Shown here piece by piece: positions 24,552 to 30,790 of a stretch of DNA of 44,710 nucleotides; the first letter of the stretch is position 1, and each line of letters opens with the position of its first letter. Under the pieces are notes generated by a model. That model worked only from the letters and a program-made list of their open reading frames with translations, did no database searches and was not told the DNA's origin. The DNA is from a virus. The stretch spans positions 1 to 44,710 of IMG/VR virus record IMGVR_UViG_3300037419_000655. The stretch is one strand, 5' to 3'. A program made the translations under genes and the position numbers.

Positions 24552-24824
24552 ATGGCGGTCGAGATCGGCAACACCCTTCGCTTCATCACCGGCTGTAGCT
24601 TTGAGCTAGATCGCAACGACCTAGATATCCGAGCCACCGCCAACGGCTTTGTCGTGACGAAACGCAAGGCTGGCGACGAAGGCAACTTGGGCCGCGCCCA
24701 CGTATTCACCAACGCTGCTGCAATGGCGGCGTGGATTCGCAAGGAATACACCCCGAAGGTCGCCAAGAAGGCCAAGAAGCCGGCGAAGAAGAAGTCCGCC
24801 AAGAAGAAGGCCGGCGGTGCGTGA
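24552..24824 (+). CDS. Small protein with a histone-H1-like Lys/Ala tail, 90 aa
   Basis: GGAG RBS. The C-terminus is KVAKKAKKPAKKKSAKKKAGGA. Confidence 0.6.
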   Translation: MAVEIGNTLRFITGCSFELDRNDLDIRATANGFVVTKRKAGDEGNLGRAHVFTNAAAMAAWIRKEYTPKVAKKAKKPAKKKSAKKKAGGA

Positions 24825-25126
24825 TGACCTCCCTGACCATCGTGTCATCCCGCAACGACGACAACAGCACCACGCTGACGGTCACGTTGCCGGCCCGCCG
24901 CAATGGCGAGGTCAACTTCGGGGCGCTCGCGCGGATCAACCGCGACTTGTTGCTGATCAACCCGCAGGCGTTCGACCCGCCTGATCCTCCGCCGCTGACC
25001 ACGGCAGTGCGCGATGGGCATACCGCCGATGGTGCGGGCATTGTCCTCGCCGAGCTGCGCCACGACGCGGCCGAAGCTGCCAACCCCTTGAACACGGCCG
25101 ATACGGTCGGGCCGGGTGAGGCATGA
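24824..25126 (+). CDS. Hypothetical protein, 100 aa
   Basis: The ATG at 24824 shares a base with the upstream TGA. An in-frame GTG at 24821 is an alternative start. Confidence 0.5.
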   Translation: MTSLTIVSSRNDDNSTTLTVTLPARRNGEVNFGALARINRDLLLINPQAFDPPDPPPLTTAVRDGHTADGAGIVLAELRHDAAEAANPLNTADTVGPGEA

Positions 25127-25338
25127 AGCCGGTCGTGGAGTTCGGCCGATTCGTCGGGGTCGGCAAGCATCCGTATTCCGGCGAGATCAACGCCACGCTG
25201 GCCGGCATTACCGGCCATCCGAAGCTGGGCAGCGAGAACATCGTCTACACCAGCCGCATTGAGCGGATCGGGTATGCGGACGACGGCGACATCATCGAAG
25301 TCGAGACGCGCAACACGATCTACCGGAGGCGCGCATGA
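25123..25338 (+). CDS. Hypothetical protein, 71 aa
   Basis: ATGA overlap and normal composition. Confidence 0.55.
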   Translation: MKPVVEFGRFVGVGKHPYSGEINATLAGITGHPKLGSENIVYTSRIERIGYADDGDIIEVETRNTIYRRRA

Positions 25339-25544
25339 AGCGCCTGACCATTCGCACCGAGAACCAATGGCGCAGCGTGAAGGATGGCGCGGGCGTGGAT
25401 CTGCTGCGCGTGTCGTTCCATGCGAACCGCTTCCTGTGGGCGGGCGCGGTGACGATCGCGGGCTTCGGATTCGGGTTCACCTACTGGCACGTCAAGCTGC
25501 CGGAGTGGAAGCCGATGGAGCGCGGAATGGAACACGCGCCATGA
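25335..25544 (+). CDS. Small membrane protein, 69 aa
   Basis: ATGA overlap. Contains the TM segment FLWAGAVTIAGFGFGFTYW. Confidence 0.5.
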   Translation: MKRLTIRTENQWRSVKDGAGVDLLRVSFHANRFLWAGAVTIAGFGFGFTYWHVKLPEWKPMERGMEHAP

Positions 25545-25720
25545 GCCTACTCGCCAAGCTCATCCCGCAGATCAAGCTGCGCGTCCTGCTGCCATGCACC
25601 GCATGGGGCGCGGTGTGCTTCGGGACCATGCACGGCCCGCGCATCGTGTACGCGCTGGTGGTCGGCTGCGTCGCCATCGCCCTTGGGGTCGGCGTCATGG
25701 ACGGGAGGAAGATCCGTTGA
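25541..25720 (+). CDS. Small membrane protein, 59 aa
   Basis: ATGA overlap at 25541-25544. Two hydrophobic stretches. Confidence 0.45.
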   Translation: MSLLAKLIPQIKLRVLLPCTAWGAVCFGTMHGPRIVYALVVGCVAIALGVGVMDGRKIR

Positions 25721-26460
25721 CTCGCATCCTGACGATCGACATCGAAACGCGGCCGATGGAGTCACGCCATTGGGGGCTGTGGAGCCAGAACATCGGCATC
25801 AGCCAGATCCAGCGACCGGACGGGATGCTCTGCTTCGCGGCGCAGTTTCACGGGGAACGCCGCGTCCACTTCGCAAGCCAGTGGGGCGATGGTGAGCGGG
25901 GCATGGTCAAGGCCGCGCATCGCCTGCTGGACGAGGCGGACGTGGTGATGGGATGGAACAGCGACAAATTCGACATCCCGTGGCTGCAACGGTGTTTCAT
26001 CGAACAGAAGATGCCGGAGCCCGCTCCGTTCAAGTCGTATGACTTGATGAAGGTGGTCAAGAAAAAGGCGCGACTTCCATCCTACAAGCTCGCCTTCGTA
26101 GCGCAGTGGTTGGGGGTGGGGAGCAAGCTGCGCACGGGCGGCTGGGACTTGTGGGATGACGTGCTGGCCGGCGACACCAAGGCGCACGACAAGATGCGCC
26201 GCTACAACATCCAAGACACGCGCCTGACTGACGCCGTGTATTCCGAGCTGCACAGCCGGGGTTGGGCTTCGCCGCCTGTCAACGCCTCGATTCGTGGCGG
26301 CTTCGTCTGCCCGCATTGCGAGAGCGAGCGGCTTCAGTCGCGCGGCTTCATGGAGAGCGCGACGCGCCTCTACCAGCGGTGGTTCTGCCGCGACTGCGGT
26401 CGGTGGTCGAAGTCCGTCCATTCCGAACCGGGCAGCGCAAAGCTCAAGGCGGCGGCCTGA
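25717..26460 (+). CDS. DnaQ/PolB-exo-like 3'-5' exonuclease with a C-terminal zinc ribbon, 247 aa (TTG start)
   Basis: TTGA overlap. ExoI ILTIDIETRP, ExoII MGWNSDKFDIPWL and ExoIII YNIQDTRL motifs. The C-terminus has CPHC...CRDC. Confidence 0.8.
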   Translation: MTRILTIDIETRPMESRHWGLWSQNIGISQIQRPDGMLCFAAQFHGERRVHFASQWGDGERGMVKAAHRLLDEADVVMGWNSDKFDIPWLQRCFIEQKMPEPAPFKSYDLMKVVKKKARLPSYKLAFVAQWLGVGSKLRTGGWDLWDDVLAGDTKAHDKMRRYNIQDTRLTDAVYSELHSRGWASPPVNASIRGGFVCPHCESERLQSRGFMESATRLYQRWFCRDCGRWSKSVHSEPGSAKLKAAA

Positions 26461-26645
26461 TGCTGCTGCCAAACCACCCGCGCCTTCGCTTCGCACTCAA
26501 GCTGCTGCTGGCGGTGACGTTCCCTATTTGGGTTTTTGCGCTGATCCCCATCGCAGTTGTTGCGTTGGTGGGAATTATGGTTTGGGAGAGTGTCTGTGAC
26601 ATCGTGGACGGCCGGCCATCACGTGGGCTTGGGGCCGGCCGATGA
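26460..26645 (+). CDS. Small membrane protein, 61 aa
   Basis: MLLPNHPRLRFALKLLLAVTFPIWVFALIPIAVVALVGIMVW. The start shares a base with the upstream stop. Confidence 0.5.
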   Translation: MLLPNHPRLRFALKLLLAVTFPIWVFALIPIAVVALVGIMVWESVCDIVDGRPSRGLGAGR

Positions 26646-27160
26646 GCGCAGAAACCGCCATCGAGGTACAGGCTGACTACCAGATCAAGGGGCCGGATCT
26701 CCGCAGCTACTACGCCGGCTTTACCCGCCGCGCATTGCCCGAGGGTGCGATCTGGCGGCTGTCCCTCGCATCCTCCTGCCTGCCCACCGGACACCCCGGC
26801 TACATGGCGTGGATGACGACCGTCTCCGGCACGGAGCGGTTCGTGCCCGAGCTGCAACGCTGGGCCGTTGGGCTGGGGGCGACCATTGCCCGCATGAAGC
26901 CCAAGCTGCGCCAGCGGGGCCGGCAGTACGTCGCGAGCTACGGCCACGCATGGGGGCGGCAGGCGAGCCTGGATGGCCTCGTGCTGGCCCTGTTTGGGGC
27001 GGAGAACGTCACGAGCCTGCGGGAGCGCGCCGAGGCCCACAAATGCGACCGCGAGGCGTACCAGCGTATCCGTGACTTCGTGGCGGGGGCGATCCTGCTC
27101 GCTTCGTGGCAGTATGAGGACAGCCTGCGGTGGGCGCATCGGGTGGCGCGAGATGCTTAG
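26642..27160 (+). CDS. Hypothetical protein at the position expected for a late-gene regulator, 172 aa
   Basis: ATGA overlap and normal composition. No recognisable motif. It is the last sizeable gene before the late/lysis terminator. Confidence 0.6.
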   Translation: MSAETAIEVQADYQIKGPDLRSYYAGFTRRALPEGAIWRLSLASSCLPTGHPGYMAWMTTVSGTERFVPELQRWAVGLGATIARMKPKLRQRGRQYVASYGHAWGRQASLDGLVLALFGAENVTSLRERAEAHKCDREAYQRIRDFVAGAILLASWQYEDSLRWAHRVARDA

Positions 27161-27380
27161 CTGGCGTATCTCACCGCCGCAGCCGAAGCCCAAGGCGGGC
27201 GATACCCGCGAGGTGACGAGACTGCTGTGGTGGCCGACGCGAGCGGGCGACGAGGTTCGGTGGCTTGGCCTCGCTCGTATCCGGCAAGAGGCATACATCG
27301 GCTGGTGCTGCCCGCCTGAGATGCGTCCTTACAAATGCCTCAAGTGGCGAAACGTCGAATGGGTGGCGAGGGACGCATGA
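27153..27380 (+). CDS. Hypothetical Trp-rich protein, 75 aa
   Basis: The ATG at 27153 overlaps the upstream gene by 8 nt. Confidence 0.5.
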   Translation: MLSWRISPPQPKPKAGDTREVTRLLWWPTRAGDEVRWLGLARIRQEAYIGWCCPPEMRPYKCLKWRNVEWVARDA

Positions 27381-27610
27381 CTGACTGGCAAGCAAACTAT
27401 CTGAGTTTGGTGGCCGAGCTGCGTGAGCAGGCCGATTGGTGGCAGGCCAGAGCCAAGGAATGCACAAGGCCCGGAGAAAGCGCAATGCTTGACGGGTGCT
27501 CGCGCAAAATTCGGATGATCGTTGATGACTTTAGAGACGAACAAGGCAATCGCAGGCCGACAGGACCGCGCGCTACGCCCGCCAGCCTAGAAAATCCGCG
27601 CGACACTTAG
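27377..27610 (+). CDS. Hypothetical protein, 77 aa
   Basis: ATGA overlap at 27377-27380. Reads MTDWQANYLSLVAELREQADWW... Confidence 0.55.
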   Translation: MTDWQANYLSLVAELREQADWWQARAKECTRPGESAMLDGCSRKIRMIVDDFRDEQGNRRPTGPRATPASLENPRDT

Positions 27611-27645
27611 GGTGATGGGGAGATTTATTTCCCCGCCCGGATGCT

Positions 27646-27670
27646 CCGGCTAAGGACGCCGGGTTCTTTT
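27646..27670 (+). terminator. Putative intrinsic terminator at the early/late boundary
   Basis: CCGGC-taaggac-GCCGG followed by gTTCTTTT. An alternative outer pairing CCCGG(27636-27640)/CCGGG(27659-27663) competes with it. Confidence 0.45.
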
Positions 27671-27685
27671 CTAGGGGGCCTCCGA

Positions 27686-28159
27686 GTGACCACGATTGCG
27701 TACTCGGCAGGCACGATGGCCGCCGATACGCAGGTCTCCGCAGGCGGGCGCAAGTTCCGCACGCACAAGGTCAAGCGCCTGAAGTGCGGCGGGCTGATCG
27801 GCTCCAGCGGCAAGCTGGCCGACATCCTGAAGATCCAGCGGTGGGCCGAGGCGGGCTTCCCCGAGGCTGACAAGCCGGACTTCGGCGACGAGGGCGAGTT
27901 CGAGTGCCTGATCGTCACCGGGGCGGGCGACGTGTACCTCTTGGACGAGGACATGGAGCTGATGCCCTTCATGGATGCCTTCATCGCGGTCGGGTCCGGT
28001 GGCCCGTATGCGATGGCGGCGATGGAGTGCGGCCGGAATCCGGCCGAGGCGGTGGCGGTGGCGGCGAAGTTCGACGCCAACACGTCCGAGCCGGTCGAGG
28101 TGTTTCGCGTGGAACCGAAGGAGGCTCCGCGTGGACGACGACGCGCTCGCCGAGCTTGA
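27686..28159 (+). CDS. HslV / proteasome-beta-like Ntn-hydrolase peptidase, 157 aa (GTG start)
   Basis: V-TTIAYSAG places Thr right after the initiator. HKVKRL, LIVTGAGDV and IAVGSGGPYAMAA parallel E. coli HslV TTIVSV, KKVRRL, LIITGNGDV and IAIGSGGPYAQAA. Confidence 0.8.
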   Translation: MTTIAYSAGTMAADTQVSAGGRKFRTHKVKRLKCGGLIGSSGKLADILKIQRWAEAGFPEADKPDFGDEGEFECLIVTGAGDVYLLDEDMELMPFMDAFIAVGSGGPYAMAAMECGRNPAEAVAVAAKFDANTSEPVEVFRVEPKEAPRGRRRARRA

Positions 28160-28334
28160 TCTGGCCGCGATGGACCTGCTGCGCTGCTACGAACGGTTGG
28201 GCGTCGCGGCCATTGTCGTGACGTACCCCGGCGAGGCCATTTTCGTGCGCTGCCAGAACGCAGGCGACGTGGTGCCGCTGTGCAAACGGGTGATCGAAGA
28301 ACACGCAGCGCCGGCCGACCGGACGCTGAATTAG
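28131..28334 (+). CDS. Hypothetical protein, 67 aa (GTG start), overlapping the HslV-like 3' end by 29 nt
   Basis: An AAGGAGG RBS lies just upstream of the GTG. Reads VDDDALAELDLAAMDLLRCYERLGVAAIVV... Confidence 0.45.
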   Translation: MDDDALAELDLAAMDLLRCYERLGVAAIVVTYPGEAIFVRCQNAGDVVPLCKRVIEEHAAPADRTLN

Positions 28335-28360
28335 GCGCTTGCGCCAACAGGGGTAAGCGC

Positions 28361-28543
28361 GTGAAAGACGTAGGCAAGGACTTGGCGCTCGCTACGCCTG
28401 GAATAGGCGTGGCGGCGACGGGGATCATGGGATTCCCGTGGTCGCAACTGAGCTACATGCTCGCGGCGATCTACACGTTCCTGCTGATCTGCAAGTTCGT
28501 GTGGGACCGGGTGAAGGGATGGCAGGCCAAGCGCCGCGCCTAA
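28361..28543 (+). CDS. Holin candidate (two TM segments, basic C-terminus), 60 aa (GTG start)
   Basis: LALATPGIGVAATGIMGFPW and LSYMLAAIYTFLLICKFVW are followed by DRVKGWQAKRRA. Lies immediately upstream of, and overlapping, the endolysin. Confidence 0.6.
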   Translation: MKDVGKDLALATPGIGVAATGIMGFPWSQLSYMLAAIYTFLLICKFVWDRVKGWQAKRRA

Positions 28544-28986
28544 GCCCGAAAGCCGCAGGTGCCGTCCTGGCGCTGGCGGCGGGCATCGTGGCGATGTGGG
28601 AGGGCTACCGGCCCATCCCGTACCGCGACGTGATCGGCGTCCCCACGGTCTGCTACGGCCACGCACATGACGTACAGGACCGCACGTACACGCGGGCCGA
28701 GTGCAAGGCGCTGCTGGAAGGCGATCTGGCGCAAGCCTACGCCACGGTGCGGCGCTGCATCACGTGGCCGCTCAAGGATTACGAAGCGGCGGCCCTGACG
28801 AGCGCCACGTACAACATCGGGCCTCGTGTGGTCTGCGGCTCCACGCTGCAAACGCTGGCGAACCAGGGCGACATGACCGGGGCGTGCAACCAGCTCATGC
28901 GCTGGAATCGTGCCGGTGGTCGGGAAGTTCTGGGCCTGACGCGACGCCGCGCGGCCGAGCGTGCGATGTGCTTGGGGGAAACATGA
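28519..28986 (+). CDS. SAR-type endolysin, GH24 (T4/P21 lysozyme family), 155 aa
   Basis: The weakly hydrophobic N-terminus AAGAVLALAAGIVAMW precedes the catalytic EGYRPIPYRDVIGVPTVCYGH (E-x8-D-x5-T). Confidence 0.85.
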   Translation: MAGQAPRLSPKAAGAVLALAAGIVAMWEGYRPIPYRDVIGVPTVCYGHAHDVQDRTYTRAECKALLEGDLAQAYATVRRCITWPLKDYEAAALTSATYNIGPRVVCGSTLQTLANQGDMTGACNQLMRWNRAGGREVLGLTRRRAAERAMCLGET

Positions 28987-29102
28987 AACGCATCGCCTTC
29001 TGGCTGTCGTGGATGTGCGCGGTGCTGGCCTTCCGGCTGGCGCATTACGCGAAGGACGGCGTGGGCGAGGCGGACGAGTACAAGGTGGGCGGGACGGACT
29101 GA
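28983..29102 (+). CDS. Hydrophobic micro-protein, 39 aa
   Basis: ATGA overlap with the endolysin stop. Reads MKRIAFWLSWMCAVLAFRLAHYAK... Confidence 0.4.
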   Translation: MKRIAFWLSWMCAVLAFRLAHYAKDGVGEADEYKVGGTD

Positions 29103-29281
29103 TGACGCTGTTTCTTGTTGGACTTGCCTGCCTCATCGTCGGTAGCTGGCTGGGGATTGCGCTTGCGCGATTCCATAAGCCTATTCGCGCATGGCGGGAA
29201 CGCATATGGCGATTGGCCCTGTATGGCGACCCGCGCGAGGAGTTGTGTGCCTTCATTCGTGGCGATCGTGACGCCCGATGA
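29102..29281 (+). CDS. Small membrane protein, 59 aa
   Basis: The start shares a base with the upstream TGA. Reads MTLFLVGLACLIVGSWLGIALARF... Confidence 0.45.
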   Translation: MTLFLVGLACLIVGSWLGIALARFHKPIRAWRERIWRLALYGDPREELCAFIRGDRDAR

Positions 29282-29379
29282 CTGAGATTCGCCCGCTACA
29301 GGCTCCGGCCTTTCAGCCATTCGCTCGCAACCTGCTAACGGTCGCGATCTGCGGCGCGTTGTATGGCGTGTTCGCATGA
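29278..29379 (+). CDS. Possible micro-protein, 33 aa
   Basis: ATGA overlaps at both ends and a hydrophobic C-terminus LLTVAICGALYGVFA. Third-position G/C bias is only moderate. Confidence 0.3.
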   Translation: MTEIRPLQAPAFQPFARNLLTVAICGALYGVFA

Positions 29380-29507
29380 CCCCTAACAAGCGCGCCACCC
29401 TGCTGACCGCCTTGGTCGCCGTGATCGGCGCGGGCTTGGTCGTGTGGCACCTGATGACAGGTGGCGAGTGGGCGCAGTTGCTGGCGGCGATCTGGCCGCG
29501 TTCGTAA
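29376..29507 (+). CDS. Small membrane protein, 43 aa
   Basis: ATGA overlap. Reads MTPNKRATLLTALVAVIGAGLVVWHL..., with high G/C at third positions. Confidence 0.4.
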   Translation: MTPNKRATLLTALVAVIGAGLVVWHLMTGGEWAQLLAAIWPRS

Positions 29508-29515
29508 AAGTCCGT

Positions 29516-29544
29516 GGTGTCAGCAAGACCGTGTAGCTGGCACC
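29516..29544 (+). other. Stable hairpin in the 162-nt non-coding spacer
   Basis: GGTGTCAGC-aagaccgtgta-GCTGGCACC gives 9 bp including one G-U pair. Confidence 0.4.
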
Positions 29545-29629
29545 TCCACCAACCCCGAAGTACGCGAAGGCCGAAAAGGGGTGCTGCACGTACCGGGTTA
29601 GGGACTCGGGCGGATACGGTCATATACGA

Positions 29630-29655
29630 GGCTCGCTTCGGCGGGCCTTTTGTTT
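29630..29655 (+). terminator. Intrinsic terminator inside the lysis region
   Basis: GGCTCGC-ttcg-GCGGGCC followed by TTTTGTTT. Confidence 0.65.
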
Positions 29656-29669
29656 CTGAGGGCACGACA

Positions 29670-30200
29670 ATGAAGCTGGCCGCACTCCTGGCGCTGGTTC
29701 TCTCCGGGTGTGGCTGCGTGTCATTGCCCGTTCCCGATGTCCACCTGACGACCCATCGCTTGGACATGGCCGGCGGCATCTGCTCGGGCACGGCGATCGC
29801 GGACAACAAGCTGCTGACCGCCTACCACTGCAAGGCCCTTGGCGGCCCGCTGGTGAAGGTGGATGGCTGGGAGGTCGCCCCGGAGTCCTACTCCGGCAAC
29901 GAGGACCACGACACGTTGGTCATCACGCTGCCCGGCCATCCGTTCACGCATTGGGCGCGCATTGGGGCGCGACCGAAGCAAGGTGATCGCGTGCGGTGGT
30001 GGGGCAATCCCGAAGGGGAGCAGGACGTGTATCGGCAGGGCTACGTCGCCAAGGTGACGGACAGCGCCATCATCGTGGACGCCACGATCTGCCATGGGGA
30101 CTCGGGCAGCGGCCTGATGAACGACGCAGGCGAAGTGGTGGGTGTGGTGAGCGCCATGAGTGACGAAAACGGCTGCACGTTCCTGCTGGCGCACGGATGA
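29670..30200 (+). CDS. Lipoprotein trypsin-like (S1/chymotrypsin-fold) serine protease, 176 aa
   Basis: Signal peptide with the lipobox MKLAALLALVLSGC. His motif TAYHC, Asp in EDHDTLVI, and Ser motif CHGDSGSGL. Confidence 0.8.
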   Translation: MKLAALLALVLSGCGCVSLPVPDVHLTTHRLDMAGGICSGTAIADNKLLTAYHCKALGGPLVKVDGWEVAPESYSGNEDHDTLVITLPGHPFTHWARIGARPKQGDRVRWWGNPEGEQDVYRQGYVAKVTDSAIIVDATICHGDSGSGLMNDAGEVVGVVSAMSDENGCTFLLAHG

Positions 30201-30541
30201 AACTGCTGGACGCGGTTGTCCCGTATTGGTTCTGGATCAAATGGGGAGCGGTCCTGATCGCCTTGGCGCTGCTGGTGCGCTGGCTGGTCGGTATGGGCTA
30301 TGACCACTGCGAGCTGGAGCACTTCAAGGCGCAGGACGCGCTGATCCAGCAGGCCGCCACGCGCGCCGCTGTAACCGACAAGAAACTGGCCGAGGCGCTG
30401 CGCAAGCTGCCGCCCACGGGCCACCGCGTAAGCGAGGCGGTCCATGCGCATCCGACAAGCCCTGACTGCCGCGTGCCTGACGCCGTTGCTGATGAGTTGC
30501 AGGACGGTATCCGTGCCGGTGCGGCCAACACCGCCCCCTGA
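30197..30541 (+). CDS. Rz: i-spanin (Rz-like), 114 aa
   Basis: ATGA overlap. N-terminal TM WFWIKWGAVLIALALLVRWLV, then a helical periplasmic part. The downstream lipoprotein gene overlaps it. Confidence 0.7.
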   Translation: MKLLDAVVPYWFWIKWGAVLIALALLVRWLVGMGYDHCELEHFKAQDALIQQAATRAAVTDKKLAEALRKLPPTGHRVSEAVHAHPTSPDCRVPDAVADELQDGIRAGAANTAP

Positions 30542-30689
30542 TGCCTCGCAGCTCTGCGAACGGCTACAGGACGTGCGTCGCGGCATGACGCTGGACGACC
30601 TGCTCCAGTGGGCGGGCGTGACGATCGAGCAATACAACCGATGCGCAGCGCGGCACAAGGCGCTGAGTGATTGGGCGAGGGGTAAGTGA
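30444..30689 (+). CDS. Rz1: o-spanin (Rz1-like lipoprotein), 81 aa
   Basis: Lipobox LTPLLMSC and a Pro-rich mature N-terminus. Starts inside the Rz frame and extends beyond it (overlapped architecture). Confidence 0.75.
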   Translation: MRIRQALTAACLTPLLMSCRTVSVPVRPTPPPDASQLCERLQDVRRGMTLDDLLQWAGVTIEQYNRCAARHKALSDWARGK

Positions 30690-30790
30690 GCATTCGCCGG
30701 CTGCCCGATTGGCCCGTGCTGTTCTGGCGCTGGTTCTGTGACGAATACGACTACGACCAGTCTCCCGACTGGCGTTGGAGTGGTGTGTAG
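30686..30790 (+). CDS. Possible Trp-rich micro-ORF, 34 aa (GTG start)
   Basis: GTGA overlap with the Rz1 stop. Its TAG shares a base with the GTG of the beta-helix gene. Reads VSIRRLPDWPVLFWRWFCDEYDYDQSPDWRWSGV. Confidence 0.3.
   Translation: MSIRRLPDWPVLFWRWFCDEYDYDQSPDWRWSGV

Noticed and set aside
24760-24820. aag/aaa/gcc-rich repetitive DNA as a tandem repeat
   Set aside because: It is simply the coding sequence of the Lys/Ala-rich C-terminal tail of the 90-aa protein.
27672-27682. The 11-mer TAGGGGGCCTC shared with 32303-32313 as a regulatory repeat
   Set aside because: A single shared 11-mer is expected by chance many times in a 44.6-kb genome.
26444-28428. 284-aa and 267-aa minus-strand ORFs (26444-27298 and 27625-28428)
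   Set aside because: They are Pro/Arg/Ser/Ala-rich and antisense to coupled plus-strand genes, including the clearly homologous HslV-like gene.
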